DNA from: Auanema rhodensis
Taxonomy: Eukaryota > Animalia > Nematoda
DNA: 64,000 nt
Direction of reading: 5' to 3'
Assembly: GCA_964057225.1 (NCBI GenBank)
Contig: OZ059898.1
Location: forward strand, 124,001 to 188,000
In this document: positions 41,401 to 57,300 of the stretch, piece by piece
Layout of the letters: each line of letters starts with the position of its first letter
Position numbering within the stretch: the stretch's first letter is position 1
The notes under the pieces: model-generated
Databases searched by the model: none
What the model saw: only the letters and a program-made list of their open reading frames with translations
Told to the model about the DNA's origin: nothing
Made by a program: the position numbers and the translations under genes

Positions 41401-43472
41401 TATCAATAAAAATTTGTTTTTAGACTAATATGGACATGGGGAATCTAATTTTGAAAACCGCATCTTTTTATCTTTCACGTTAAGCGAGTTACATACCAAG
41501 TGCACATCACGTGTACATTTAATTAGCATAAATTAAAGTTCACGTAAATTTCAAAGTCATGGTTACCATGAACCAATATCAATAAAAATTTGTTTTTAGA
41601 CTAATATGGACATGGGGAATCTAATTTTGAAAACCGCATCTCTTTATCTTTCACGTGAAGCGAGTTACATACCAAGTGCACATCACGTGTACATTTAATT
41701 AGCATAAATTAAAGTTCACGTAAATTTCAAAGTCATGGTTACCATGCACCAATATCAATAAAAATTTGTTTTTAGACTAATATGGACATGGGGAATCTAA
41801 TTTTGAAAACCGCATCTCTTTATCTTTCACGTGAAGCGAGTTACATACCAAGTGCACATCACGTGTACATTTAATTAGCATAAATTAAAGTTCACGTAAA
41901 TTTCAAAGTCATGGTTACCATGAACCAATATCAATAAAAATTTGTTTTTAGACTAATATGGACATGGGGAATCTAATTTTGAAAACCGCATCTCTTTATC
42001 TTTCACGTGAAGCGAGTTACATACCAAGTGCACATCACGTGTACATTTAATTAGCATAAATTAAAGTTCACGTAAATTTCAAAGTCATGGTTACCATGCA
42101 CCAATATCAATAAAAATTTGTTTTTAGACTAATATGGACATGGGGAATCTAATTTTGAAAACCGCATCTCTTTATCTTTCACGTGAAGCGAGTTACATAC
42201 CAAGTGCACATCACGTGTACATTTAATTAGCATAAATTAAAGTTCACGTAAATTTCAAAGTCATGGTTACCATGCACCAATATCAATAAAAATTTGTTTT
42301 TAGACTAATATGGACATGGGGAATCTAATTTTGAAAACCGCATCTTTTTATCTTTCACGTTAAGCGAGTTACATACCAAGTGCACATCACGTGTACATTT
42401 AATTAGCATAAATTAAAGTTCACGTAAATTTCAAAGTCATGGTTACCATGAACCAATATCAATAAAAATTTGTTTTTAGACTAATATGGACATGGGGAAT
42501 CTAATTTTGAAAACCGCATCTCTTTATCTTTCACGTGAAGCGAGTTACATACCAAGTGCACATCACGTGTACATTTAATTAGCATAAATTAAAGTTCACG
42601 TAAATTTCAAAGTCATGGTTACCATGCACCAATATCAATAAAAATTTGTTTTTAGACTAATATGGACATGGGGAATCTAATTTTGAAAACCGCATCTCTT
42701 TATCTTTCACGTGAAGCGAGTTACATACCAAGTGCACATCACGTGTACATTTAATTAGCATAAATTAAAGTTCACGTAAATTTCAAAGTCATGGTTACCA
42801 TGAACCAATATCAATAAAAATTTGTTTTTAGACTAATATGGACATGGGGAATCTAATTTTGAAAACCGCATCTCTTTATCTTTCACGTTAAGCGAGTTAC
42901 ATACCAAGTGCACATCACGTGTACATTTAATTAGCATAAATTAAAGTTCACGTAAATTTCAAAGTCATGGTTACCATGCACCAATATCAATAAAAATTTG
43001 TTTTTAGACTAATATGGACATGGGGAATCTAATTTTGAAAACCGCATCTCTTTATCTTTCACGTGAAGCGAGTTACATACCAAGTGCACATCACGTGTAC
43101 ATTTAATTAGCATAAATTAAAGTTCACGTAAATTTCAAAGTCATGGTTACCATGAACCAATATCAATAAAAATTTGTTTTTAGACTAATATGGACATGGG
43201 GAATCTAATTTTGAAAACCGCATCTCTTTATCTTTCACGTGAAGCGAGTTACATACCAAGTGCACATCACGTGTACATTTAATTAGCATAAATTAAAGTT
43301 CACGTAAATTTCAAAGTCATGGTTACCATGCACCAATATCAATAAAAATTTGTTTTTAGACTAATATGGACATGGGGAATCTAATTTTGAAAACCGCATC
43401 TCTTTATCTTTCACGTGAAGCGAGTTACATACCAAGTGCACAGCACGTGTACATTTAATTAGCATAAATTAA

Positions 43473-46400
43473 AGTTCACGTAAATTTCAAAGTCATGGTT
43501 ACCATGCACCAATATCAATAAAAATTTGTTTTTAGACTAATATGGACATGGGGAATCTAATTTTGAAAACCGCATCTCTTTATCTTTCACGTGAAGCGAG
43601 TTACATACCAAGTGCACATCACGTGTACATTTAATTAGCATAAATTAAAGTTCACGTAAATTTCAAAGTCATGGTTACCATGAAGCAATATCAATAAAAA
43701 TTTGTTTTTAGACTAATATGGACATGGGGAATCTAATTTTGAAAACCGCATCTCTTTATCTTTCACGTGAAGCGAGTTACATACCAAGTGCACATCACGT
43801 GTACATTTAATTAGCATAAATTAAAGTTCACGTAAATTTCAAAGTCATGGTTACCATGAACCAATATCAATAAAAATTTGTTTTTAGACTAATATGGACA
43901 TGGGGAATCTAATTTTGAAAACCGCATCTCTTTATCTTTCACGTGAAGCGAGTTACATACCAAGTGCACATCACGTGTACATTTAATTAGCATAAATTAA
44001 AGTTCACGTAAATTTCAAAGTCATGGTTACCATGCACCAATATCAATAAAAATTTGTTTTTAGACTAATATGGACATGAGGAATCTAATTTTGAAAACCG
44101 CATCTCTTTATCTTTCACGTGAAGCGAGTTACATACCAAGTGCACATCACGTGTACATTTAATTAGCATAAATTAAAGTTCACGTAAATTTCAAAGTCAT
44201 GGTTACCATGCACCAATATCAATAAAAATTTGTTTTTAGACTAATATGGACATGAGGAATCTAATTTTGAAAACCGCATCTCTTTATCTTTCACGTGAAG
44301 CGAGTTACATACCAAGTGCACATCACGTGTACATTTAATTAGCATAAATTAAAGTTCACGTAAATTTCAAAGTCGTGGTTACCATGCACCAATATCAATA
44401 AAAATTCGTTTTTAGACTAATATGGACATGGGGAATCTAATTTTGAAAACCGCATCTCTTCATCTTTCACGTGAAGCGAGTTACATACCAAGTGCACATC
44501 ACGTGTACATTTAATTAGCATAAATTAAAGTTCACGTAAATTTCAAAGTCGTGGTTACCATGCACCAATATCAATAAAAATTCGTTTTTAGACTAATATG
44601 GACATGGGGAATCTAACTTTGAAAACCGCATCTCTTTATCTTTCACGTGAAGCGAGTTACATACCAAGTGCACATCACGTGTACATTTAATTAGCATAAA
44701 TTAAAGTTCACGTAAATTTCAAAGTCATGGTTACCATGCACCAATATCAATAAAAATTTGTTTTTAGACTAATATGGACATGGGGAATCTAATTTTGAAA
44801 ACCGCATCTCTTTATCTTTCACGTGAAGCGAGTTACATACCAAGTGCACATCACGTGTACATTTAATTAGCATAAATTAAAGTTCACGTAAATTTCAAAG
44901 TCATGGTTACCATGCACCAATATCAATAAAAATTTGTTTTTAGACTAATATGGACATGGGGAATCTAATTTTGAAAACCGCATCTCTTTATCTTTCACGT
45001 GAAGCGAGTTACATACCAAGTGCACATCACGTGTACATTTAATTAGCATAAATTAAAGTTCACGTAAATTTCAAAGTCGTGGTTACCATGCACCAATATC
45101 AATAAAAATTCGTTTTTAGACTAATATGGACATGGGGAATCTAATTTTGAAAACCGCATCTCTTTATCTTTCACGTGAAGCGAGTTACATACCAAGTGCA
45201 CATCACGTGTACATTTAATTAGCATAAATTAAAGTTCACGTAAATTTCAAAGTCATGGTTACCATGCACCAATATCAATAAAAATTTGTTTTTAGACTAA
45301 TATGGACATGGGGAATCTAATTTTGAAAACCGCATCTCTTTATCTTTCACGTGAAGCGAGTTACATACCAAGTGCACATCACGTGTACATTTAATTAGCA
45401 TAAATTAAAGTTCACGTAAATTTCAAAGTCATGGTTACCATGCACCAATATCAATAAAAATTTGTTTTTAGACTAATATGGACATGGGGAATCTAATTTT
45501 GAAAACCGCATCTCTTTATCTTTCACGTGAAGCGAGTTACATACCAAGTGCACATCACGTGTACATTTAATTAGCATAAATTAAAGTTCACGTAAATTTC
45601 AAAGTCATGGTTACCATGCACCAATATCAATAAAAATTTGTTTTTAGACTAATATGGACATGGGGAATCTAATTTTGAAAACCGCATCTCTTTATCTTTC
45701 ACGTGAAGCGAGTTACATACCAAGTGCACATCACGTGTACATTTAATTAGCATAAATTAAAGTTCACGTAAATTTCAAAGTCATGGTTACCATGAACCAA
45801 TATCAATAAAAATTTGTTTTTAGACTAATATGGACATGGGGAATCTAATTTTGAAAACCGCATCTCTTTATCTTTCACGTGAAGCGAGTTACATACCAAG
45901 TGCACATCACGTGTACATTTAATTAGCATAAATTAAAGTTCACGTAAATTTCAAAGTCATGGTTACCATGCACCAATATCAATAAAAATTTGTTTTTAGA
46001 CTAATATGGACATGGGGAATCTAATTTTGAAAACCGCATCTCTTTATCTTTCACGTGAAGCGAGTTACATACCAAGTGCACATCACGTGTACATTTAATT
46101 AGCATAAATTAAAGTTCACGTAAATTTCAAAGTCATGGTTACCATGAAGCAATATCAATAAAAATTTGTTTTTAGACTAATATGGACATGGGGAATCTAA
46201 TTTTGAAAACCGCATCTCTTTATCTTTCACGTGAAGCGAGTTACATACCAAGTGCACATCACGTGTACATTTAATTAGCATAAATTAAAGTTCACGTAAA
46301 TTTCAAAGTCATGGTTACCATGAACCAATATCAATAAAAATTTGTTTTTAGACTAATATGGACATGGGGAATCTAATTTTGAAAACCGCATCTCTTTATC

Positions 46401-48400
46401 TTTCACGTGAAGCGAGTTACATACCAAGTGCACATCACGTGTACATTTAATTAGCATAAATTAAAGTTCACGTAAATTTCAAAGTCATGGTTACCATGCA
46501 CCAATATCAATAAAAATTTGTTTTTAGACTAATATGGACATGAGGAATCTAATTTTGAAAACCGCATCTCTTTATCTTTCACGTGAAGCGAGTTACATAC
46601 CAAGTGCACATCACGTGTACATTTAATTAGCATAAATTAAAGTTCACGTAAATTTCAAAGTCATGGTTACCATGCACCAATATCAATAAAAATTTGTTTT
46701 TAGACTAATATGGACATGAGGAATCTAATTTTGAAAACCGCATCTCTTTATCTTTCACGTGAAGCGAGTTACATACCAAGTGCACATCACGTGTACATTT
46801 AATTAGCATAAATTAAAGTTCACGTAAATTTCAAAGTCGTGGTTACCATGCACCAATATCAATAAAAATTCGTTTTTAGACTAATATGGACATGGGGAAT
46901 CTAATTTTGAAAACCGCATCTCTTCATCTTTCACGTGAAGCGAGTTACATACCAAGTGCACATCACGTGTACATTTAATTAGCATAAATTAAAGTTCACG
47001 TAAATTTCAAAGTCGTGGTTACCATGCACCAATATCAATAAAAATTCGTTTTTAGACTAATATGGACATGGGGAATCTAACTTTGAAAACCGCATCTCTT
47101 TATCTTTCACGTGAAGCGAGTTACATACCAAGTGCACATCACGTGTACATTTAATTAGCATAAATTAAAGTTCACGTAAATTTCAAAGTCATGGTTACCA
47201 TGCACCAATATCAATAAAAATTTGTTTTTAGACTAATATGGACATGGGGAATCTAATTTTGAAAACCGCATCTCTTTATCTTTCACGTGAAGCGAGTTAC
47301 ATACCAAGTGCACATCACGTGTACATTTAATTAGCATAAATTAAAGTTCACGTAAATTTCAAAGTCATGGTTACCATGCACCAATATCAATAAAAATTTG
47401 TTTTTAGACTAATATGGACATGGGGAATCTAATTTTGAAAACCGCATCTCTTTATCTTTCACGTGAAGCGAGTTACATACCAAGTGCACATCACGTGTAC
47501 ATTTAATTAGCATAAATTAAAGTTCACGTAAATTTCAAAGTCGTGGTTACCATGCACCAATATCAATAAAAATTCGTTTTTAGACTAATATGGACATGGG
47601 GAATCTAATTTTGAAAACCGCATCTCTTTATCTTTCACGTGAAGCGAGTTACATACCAAGTGCACATCACGTGTACATTTAATTAGCATAAATTAAAGTT
47701 CACGTAAATTTCAAAGTCATGGTTACCATGCACCAATATCAATAAAAATTTGTTTTTAGACTAATATGGACATGGGGAATCTAATTTTGAAAACCGCATC
47801 TCTTTATCTTTCACGTGAAGCGAGTTACATACCAAGTGCACATCACGTGTACATTTAATTAGCATAAATTAAAGTTCACGTAAATTTCAAAGTCATGGTT
47901 ACCATGCACCAATATCAATAAAAATTTGTTTTTAGACTAATATGGACATGGGGAATCTAATTTTGAAAACCGCATCTCTTTATCTTTCACGTGAAGCGAG
48001 TTACATACCAAGTGCACATCACGTGTACATTTAATTAGCATAAATTAAAGTTCACGTAAATTTCAAAGTCATGGTTACCATGCACCAATATCAATAAAAA
48101 TTTGTTTTTAGACTAATATGGACATGGGGAATCTAATTTTGAAAACCGCATCTCTTTATCTTTCACGTGAAGCGAGTTACATACCAAGTGCACATCACGT
48201 GTACATTTAATTAGCATAAATTAAAGTTCACGTAAATTTCAAAGTCATGGTTACCATGAACCAATATCAATAAAAATTTGTTTTTAGACTAATATGGACA
48301 TGGGGAATCTAATTTTGAAAACCGCATCTCTTTATCTTTCACGTGAAGCGAGTTACATACCAAGTGCACATCACGTGTACATTTAATTAGCATAAATTAA
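43473..48400. repeat. 14-mer (2464 bp) tandem duplication
   Basis: A23G+T55C monomers at 44375, 44551, 45079 versus 46839, 47015, 47543; G79A at 44079, 44255 versus 46543, 46719; T89C at 44617/47081. Confidence 0.92.
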
Positions 48401-49456
48401 AGTTCACGTAAATTTCAAAGTCATGGTTACCATGCACCAATATCAATAAAAATTTGTTTTTAGACTAATATGGACATGGGGAATCTAATTTTGAGAACCG
48501 CATCTCTTCATCTTTCACGTGAAGCGAGTTACATACCAAGTGCACATCACGTGTACATTTAATTAGCATAAATTAAAGTTCACGTAAATTTCAAAGTCAT
48601 GGTTACCATGCACCAATATCAATAAAAATTTGTTTTTAGACTAATATGGACATGGGGAATCTAATTTTGAAAACCGCATCTCTTTATCTTCCACGTGAAG
48701 CGAGTTACATACCAAGTGCACATCACGTGTACATTTAATTAGCATAAATTAAAGTTCACGTAAATTTCAAAGTCATGGTTACCATGCACCAATATCAATA
48801 AAAATTTGTTTTTAGACTAATATGGACATGGGGAATCTAATTTTGAAAACCGCATCTCTTTATCTTTCACGTGAAGCGAGTTACATACCAAGTGCACATC
48901 ACGTGTACATTTAATTAGCATAAATTAAAGTTCACGTAAATTTCAAAGTCATGGTTACCATGCACCAATATCAATAAAAATTTGTTTTTAGACTAATATG
49001 GACATGGGGAATCTAATTTTGAGAACCGCATCTCTTCATCTTTCACGTGAAGCGAGTTACATACCAAGTGCACATCACGTGTACATTTAATTAGCATAAA
49101 TTAAAGTTCACGTAAATTTCAAAGTCATGGTTACCATGCACCAATATCAATAAAAATTTGTTTTTAGACTAATATGGACATGGGGAATCTAATTTTGAAA
49201 ACCGCATCTCTTTATCTTCCACGTGAAGCGAGTTACATACCAAGTGCACATCACGTGTACATTTAATTAGCATAAATTAAAGTTCACGTAAATTTCAAAG
49301 TCATGGTTACCATGCACCAATATCAATAAAAATTTGTTTTTAGACTAATATGGACATGGGGAATCTAATTTTGAAAACCGCATCTCTTTATCTTTCACGT
49401 GAAGCGAGTTACATACCAAGTGCACATCACGTGTACATTTAATTAGCATAAATTAA
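48401..49456. repeat. 3-mer (528 bp) duplication
   Basis: A95G+T109C at 48495/49023 and T115C at 48691/49219. Confidence 0.88.
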
Positions 49457-51216
49457 AGTTCACGTAAATTTCAAAGTCATGGTTACCATGCACCAATATC
49501 AATAAAAATTTGTTTTTAGACTAATATGGACATGGGGAATCTAATTTTGAAAACCGCATCTCTTTATCTTTCACGTGAAGCGAGTTACATACCAAGTGCA
49601 CATCACGTGTACATTTAATTAGCATAAATTAAAGTTCACGTAAATTTCAAAGTCATGGTTACCATGAACCAATATCAATAAAAATTTGTTTTTAGACTAA
49701 TATGGACATGGGGAATCTAATTTTGAAAACCGCATCTCTTTATCTTTCACGTGAAGCGAGTTCCATACCAAGTGCACATCACGTGTACATTTAATTAGCA
49801 TAAATTAAAGTTCACGTAAATTTCAAAGTCATGGTTACCATGAACCAATATCAATAAAAATTTGTTTTTAGACTAATATGTACATGGGGAATCTAATTTT
49901 GAAAACCGCATCTCTTTATCTTTCACGTGAAGCGAGTTACATACCAAGTGCACATCACGTGTACATTTAATTAGCATAAATTAAAGTTCACGTAAATTTC
50001 AAAGTCATGGTTACCATGCACCAATATCAATAAAAATTTGTTTTTAGACTAATATGGACATGGGGAATCTAATTTTGAAAACCGCATCTCTTTATCTTTC
50101 ACGTGAAGCGAGTTACATACCAAGTGCACATCACGTGTACATTTAATTAGCATAAATTAAAGTTCACGTAAATTTCAAAGTCATGGTTACCATGAACCAA
50201 TATCAATAAAAATTTGTTTTTAGACTAATATGGACATGGGGAATCTAATTTTGAAAACCGCATCTCTTTATCTTTCACGTGAAGCGAGTTACATACCAAG
50301 TGCACATCACGTGTACATTTAATTAGCATAAATTAAAGTTCAAGTAAATTTCAAAGTCATGGTTACCATGCACCAATATCAATAAAAATTTGTTTTTAGA
50401 CTAATATGGACATGGGGAATCTAATTTTGAAAACCGCATCTCTTTATCTTTCACGTGAAGCGAGTTACATACCAAGTGCACATCACGTGTACATTTAATT
50501 AGCATAAATTAAAGTTCACGTAAATTTCAAAGTCATGGTTACCATGCACCAATATCAATAAAAATTTGTTTTTAGACTAATATGGACATGGGGAATCTAA
50601 TTTTGAGAACCGCATCTCTTCATCTTTCACGTGAAGCGAGTTACATACCAAGTGCACATCAAGTGTACATTTAATTAGCATAAATTAAAGTTCACGTAAA
50701 TTTCAAAGTCATGGTTACCATGCACCAATATCAATAAAAATTTGTTTTTAGACTAATATGGACATGGGGAATCTAATTTTGAAAACCGCATCTCTTTATC
50801 TTTCACGTGAAGCGAGTTACATACCAAGTGCACATCACGTGTACATTTAATTAGCATAAATTAAAGTTCACGTAAATTTCAAAGTCATGGTTACCATGCA
50901 CCAATATCAATAAAAATTTGTTTTTAGACTAATATGGACATGGGGAATCTAATTTTGAAAACCGCATCTCTTTATCTTTCACGTGAAGCGAGTTACATAC
51001 CAAGTGCACATCACGTGTACATTTAATTAGCATAAATTAAAGTTCACGTAAATTTCAAAGTCATGGTTACCATGCACCAATATCAATAAAAATTTGTTTT
51101 TAGACTAATATGGACATGGGGAATCTAATTTTGAAAACCGCATCTCTTTATCTTTCACGTGAAGCGAGTTACATACCAAGTGCACATCACGTGTACATTT
51201 AATTAGCATAAATTAA

Positions 51217-51390
51217 AGTTCACGTAAATTTCAAAGTCATGGTTACCATGAACCAATATCAATAAAAATTTGTTTTAAGACTAATATGGACATGGGGAAT
51301 CTAATTTTGAAAACCGCATCTCTTTATCTTTCACGTGAAGCGAGTTATACCAAGTGCACATCACGTGTACATTTAATTAGCATAAATTAA
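51217..51390. repeat. 174-bp monomer with the only indel seen (2-bp deletion)
   Basis: CGAGTTATACCAAG replaces CGAGTTACATACCAAG near 51347, and the downstream phase shifts by -2. Confidence 0.93.
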
Positions 51391-54300
51391 AAATCACGTA
51401 AATTTCAAAGTCATGGTTACCATGCACCAATATCAATAAAAATTTGTTTTTAGACTAATATGGACATGGGGAATCTAATTTTGAAAACCGCATCTCTTTA
51501 TCTTTCACGTGAAGCGAGTTACATACCAAGTGCACATCACGTGTACATTTAATTAGCATAAATTAAAGTTCACGTAAATTTCAAAGTCATGGTTACCATG
51601 AACCAATATCAATAAAAATTTGTTTTTAGACTAATATGGACATGGGGAATCTAATTTTGAAAACCGCATCTCTTTATCTTTCACGTGAAGCGAGTTACAT
51701 ACCAAGTGCACATCACGTGTACATTTAATTAGCATAAATTAAAAATCACGTAAATTTCAAAGTCATGGTTACCATGCACCAATATCAATAAAAATTTGTT
51801 TTTAGACTAATATGGACATGGGGAATCTAATTTTGAAAACCGCATCTCTTTATCTTTCACGTGAAGCGAGTTACATACCAAGTGCACATCACGTGTACAT
51901 TTAATTAGCATAAATTAAAGTTCACGTAAATTTCAAAGTCATGGTTACCATGAACCAATATTAATAAAAATTTGTTTTTAGACTAATATGGACATGGGGA
52001 ATCTAATTTTGAAAACCGCATCTCTTTATCTTTCACGTGAAGCGAGTTACATACCAAGTGCACATCACGTGTACATTTAATTAGCATAAATTAAAAATCA
52101 CGTAAATTTCAAAGTCATGGTTACCATGCACCAATATCAATAAAAATTTGTTTTTAGACTAATATGGACATGGGGAATCTAATTTTGAAAACCGCATCTC
52201 TTTATCTTTCACGTGAAGCGAGTTACATACCAAGTGCACATCACGTGTACATTTAATTAGCATAAATTAAAGTTCACGTAAATTTCAAAGTCATGGTTAC
52301 CATGAACCAATATCAATAAAAATTTGTTTTTAGACTAATATGGACATGGGGAATCTAATTTTGAAAACCGCATCTCTTTATCTTTCACGTGAAGCGAGTT
52401 ACATACCAAGTGCACATCACGTGTACATTTAATTAGCATAAATTAAAGTTCACGTAAATTTCAAAGTCATGGTTACCATGCACCAATATCAATAAAAATT
52501 TGTTTTTAGACTAATATGGACATGGGGAATCTAATTTTGAAAACCGCATCTCTTTATCTTTCACGTGAAGCGAGTTACATACCAAGTGCACATCACGTGT
52601 ACATTTAATTAGCATAAATTAAAGTTCACGTAAATTTCAAAGTCATGGTTACCATGAACCAATATCAATAAAAATTTGTTTTTAGACTAATATGGACATG
52701 GGGAATCTAATTTTGAAAACCGCATCTCTTTATCTTTCACGTGAAGCGAGTTACATACCAAGTGCACATCACGTGTACATTTAATTAGCATAAATTAAAG
52801 TTCAAGTAAATTTCAAAGTCATGGTTACCATGCACCAATATCAATAAAAATTTGTTTTTAGACTAATATGGACATGGGGAATCTAATTTTGAAAACCGCA
52901 TCTCTTTATCTTTCACGTGAAGCGAGTTACATACCAAGTGCACATCACGTGTACATTTAATTAGCATAAATTAAAGTTCACGTAAATTTCAAAGTCATGG
53001 TTACCATGCACCAATATCAATAAAAATTTGTTTTTAGACTAATATGGACATGGGGAATCTAATTTTGAGAACCGCATCTCTTCATCTTTCACGTGAAGCG
53101 AGTTACATACCAAGTGCACATCAAGTGTACATTTAATTAGCATAAATTAAAGTTCACGTAAATTTCAAAGTCATGGTTACCATGCACCAATATCAATAAA
53201 AATTTGTTTTTAGACTAATATGGACATGGGGAATCTAATTTTGAAAACCGCATCTCTTTATCTTTCACGTGAAGCGAGTTACATACCAAGTGCACATCAC
53301 GTGTACATTTAATTAGCATAAATTAAAGTTCACGTAAATTTCAAAGTCATGGTTACCATGCACCAATATCAATAAAAATTTGTTTTTAGACTAATATGGA
53401 CATGGGGAATCTAATTTTGAAAACCGCATCTCTTTATCTTTCACGTGAAGCGAGTTACATACCAAGTGCACATCACGTGTACATTTAATTAGCATAAATT
53501 AAAGTTCACGTAAATTTCAAAGTCATGGTTACCATGCACCAATATCAATAAAAATTTGTTTTTAGACTAATATGGACATGGGGAATCTAATTTTGAAAAC
53601 CGCATCTCTTTATCTTTCACGTGAAGCGAGTTACATACCAAGTGCACATCACGTGTACATTTAATTAGCATAAATTAAAGTTCACGTAAATTTCAAAGTC
53701 ATGGTTACCATGAACCAATATCAATAAAAATTTGTTTTTAGACTGATATGGACATGGGGAATCTAATTTTGAAAACCGCATCTCTTTATCTTTCACGTGA
53801 AGCGAGTTACATACCAAGTGCACATCACGTGTACATTTAATTAGCATAAATTAAAAATCACGTAAATTTCAAAGTCATGGTTACCATGCACCAATATCAA
53901 TAAAAATTTGTTTTTAGACTAATATGGACATGGGGAATCTAATTTTGAAAACCGCATCTCTTTATCTTTCACGTGAAGCGAGTTACATACCAAGTGCACA
54001 TCACGTGTACATTTAATTAGCATAAATTAAAGTTCACGTAAATTTCAAAGTCATGGTTACCATGAACCAATATCAATAAAAATTTGTTTTTAGACTAATA
54101 TGGACATGGGGAATCTAATTTTGAAAACCGCATCTCTTTATCTTTCACGTGAAGCGAGTTACATACCAAGTGCACATAACGTGTACATTTAATTAGCATA
54201 AATTAAAAATCACGTAAATTTCAAAGTCATGGTTACCATGCACCAATATCAATAAAAATTTGTTTTTAGACTAATATGGACATGGGGAATCTAATTTTGA

Positions 54301-57300
54301 AAACCGCATCTCTTTATCTTTCACGTGAAGCGAGTTACATACCAAGTGCACATCACGTGTACATTTAATTAGCATAAATTAAAGTTCACGTAAATTTCAA
54401 AGTCATGGTTACCATGAACCAATATTAATAAAAATTTGTTTTTAGACTAATATGGACATGGGGAATCTAATTTTGAAAACCGCATCTCTTTATCTTTCAC
54501 GTGAAGCGAGTTACATACCAAGTGCACATCACGTGTACATTTAATTAGCATAAATTAAAGTTCACGTAAATTTCAAAGTCATGGTTACCATGCACCAATA
54601 TTAATAAAAATTTGTTTTTAGACTAATATGGACATGGGGAATCTAATTTTGAAAACCGCATCTCTTTATCTTTCACGTGAAGCGAGTTACATACCAAGTG
54701 CACATCAAGTGTACATTTAATTAGCATAAATTAAAGTTCACGTAAATTTCAAAGTCATGGTTACCATGAACCAATATCAATAAAAATTTGTTTTTAGACT
54801 AATATGGACATGGGGAATCTAATTTTGAAAACCGCATCTCTTTATCTTTCACGTGAAGCGAGTTACATACCAAGTGCACATCACGTGTACATTTAATTAG
54901 CATAAATTAAAGTTCACGTAAATTTCAAAGTCATGGTTACCATGCACCAATATCAATAAAAATTTGTTTTTAGACTAATATGGACATGGGGAATCTAATT
55001 TTGAAAACCGCATCTCTTTATCTTTCACGTGAAGCGAGTTACATACCAAGTGCACATCACGTGTACATTTAATTAGCATAAATTAAAGTTCAAGTAAATT
55101 TCAAAGTCATGGTTACCATGCACCAATATCAATAAAAATTTGTTTTTAGACTAATATGGACATGGGGAATCTAATTTTGAAAACCGCATCTCTTTATCTT
55201 TCACGTGAAGCGAGTTACATACCAAGTGCACATCACGTGTACATTTAATTAGCATAAATTAAAGTTCACGTAAATTTCAAAGTCATGGTTACCATGCACC
55301 AATATCAATAAAAATTTGTTTTTAGACTAATATGGACATGGGGAATCTAATTTTGAGAACCGCATCTCTTCATCTTTCACGTGAAGCGAGTTACATACCA
55401 AGTGCACATCAAGTGTACATTTAATTAGCATAAATTAAAGTTCACGTAAATTTCAAAGTCATGGTTACCATGCACCAATATCAATAAAAATTTGTTTTTA
55501 GACTAATATGGACATGGGGAATCTAATTTTGAAAACCGCATCTCTTTATCTTTCACGTGAAGCGAGTTACATACCAAGTGCACATCACGTGTACATTTAA
55601 TTAGCATAAATTAAAGTTCACGTAAATTTCAAAGTCATGGTTACCATGCACCAATATCAATAAAAATTTGTTTTTAGACTAATATGGACATGGGGAATCT
55701 AATTTTGAAAACCGCATCTCTTTATCTTTCACGTGAAGCGAGTTACATACCAAGTGCACATCACGTGTACATTTAATTAGCATAAATTAAAGTTCACGTA
55801 AATTTCAAAGTCATGGTTACCATGCACCAATATCAATAAAAATTTGTTTTTAGACTAATATGGACATGGGGAATCTAATTTTGAAAACCGGATCTCTTTA
55901 TCTTTCACGTGAAGCGAGTTACATACCAAGTGCACATCACGTGTACATTTAATTAGCATAAATTAAAAATCACGTAAATTTCAAAGTCATGGTTACCATG
56001 CACCAATATCAATAAAAATTTGTTTTTAGACTAATATGGACATGGGGAATCTAATTTTGAAAACCGCATCTCTTTATCTTTCACGTGAAGCGAGTTACAT
56101 ACCAAGTGCACATCACGTGTACATTTAATTAGCATAAATTAAAGTTCACGTAAATTTCAAAGTCATGGCTACCATGAACCAATATCAATAAAAATTTGTT
56201 TTTAGACTAATATGGACATGGGGAATCTAATTTTGAAAACCGCATCTCTTTATCTTTCACGTGAAGCGAGTTACATACCAAGTGCACATCACGTGTACAT
56301 TTAATTAGCATAAATTAAAAATCACGTAAATTTCAAAGTCATGGTTACTATGCACCAATATCAATAAAAATTTGTTTTTAGACTAATATGGACATGGGGA
56401 ATCTAATTTTGAAAACCGCATCTCTTTATCTTTCACGTGAAGCGAGTTACATACCAAGTGCACATCACGTGTACATTTAATTAGCATAAATTAAAGTTCA
56501 CGTAAATTTCAAAGTCATGGTTACCATGCACCAATATCAATAAAAATTTGTTTTTAGACTAATATGGACATGGGGAATCTAATTTTGAAAACCGCATCTC
56601 TTTATCTTTCACGTGAAGCGAGTTACATACCAAGTGCACATCACGTGTACATTTAATTAGCATAAATTAAAGTTCACGTAAATTTCAAAGTCATGGTTAC
56701 CATGAACCAATATCAATAAAAATTTGTTTTTAGACTAATATGGACATGGGGAATCTAATTTTGAAAACCGCATCTCTTTATCTTTCACGTGAAGCGAGTT
56801 ACATACCAAGTGCACATCACGTGTACATTTAATTAGCATAAATTAAAGTTCACGTAAATTTCAAAGTCATGGTTACCATGCACCAATATCAATAAAAATT
56901 TGTTTTTAGACTAATATGGACATGGGGAATCTAATTTTGAAAACCGCATCTCTTTATCTTTCACGTGAAGCGAGTTACATACCAAGTGCACATCACGTGT
57001 ACATTTAATTAGCATAAATTAAAGTTCACGTAAATTTCAAAGTCATGGTTACCATGCACCAATATCAATAAAAATTTGTTTTTAGACTAATATGGACATG
57101 GGGAATCTAATTTTGAAAACCGCATCTCTTTATCTTTCACGTGAAGCGAGTTACATACCAAGTGCACATCACGTGTACATTTAATTAGCATAAATTAAAG
57201 TTCACGTAAATTTCAAAGTCATGGTTACCATGAACCAATATCAATAAAAATTTGTTTTTAGACTAATATGGACATGGGGAATCTAATTTTGAAAACCGCA

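Noticed and set aside
53665-53847. Second near-identical 60-aa ORF
   Set aside because: An independent A67G change (53745) turns TAG into CAG. Both hits in one codon reflect ascertainment, since only stop-loss monomers pass the ORF length cut-off.
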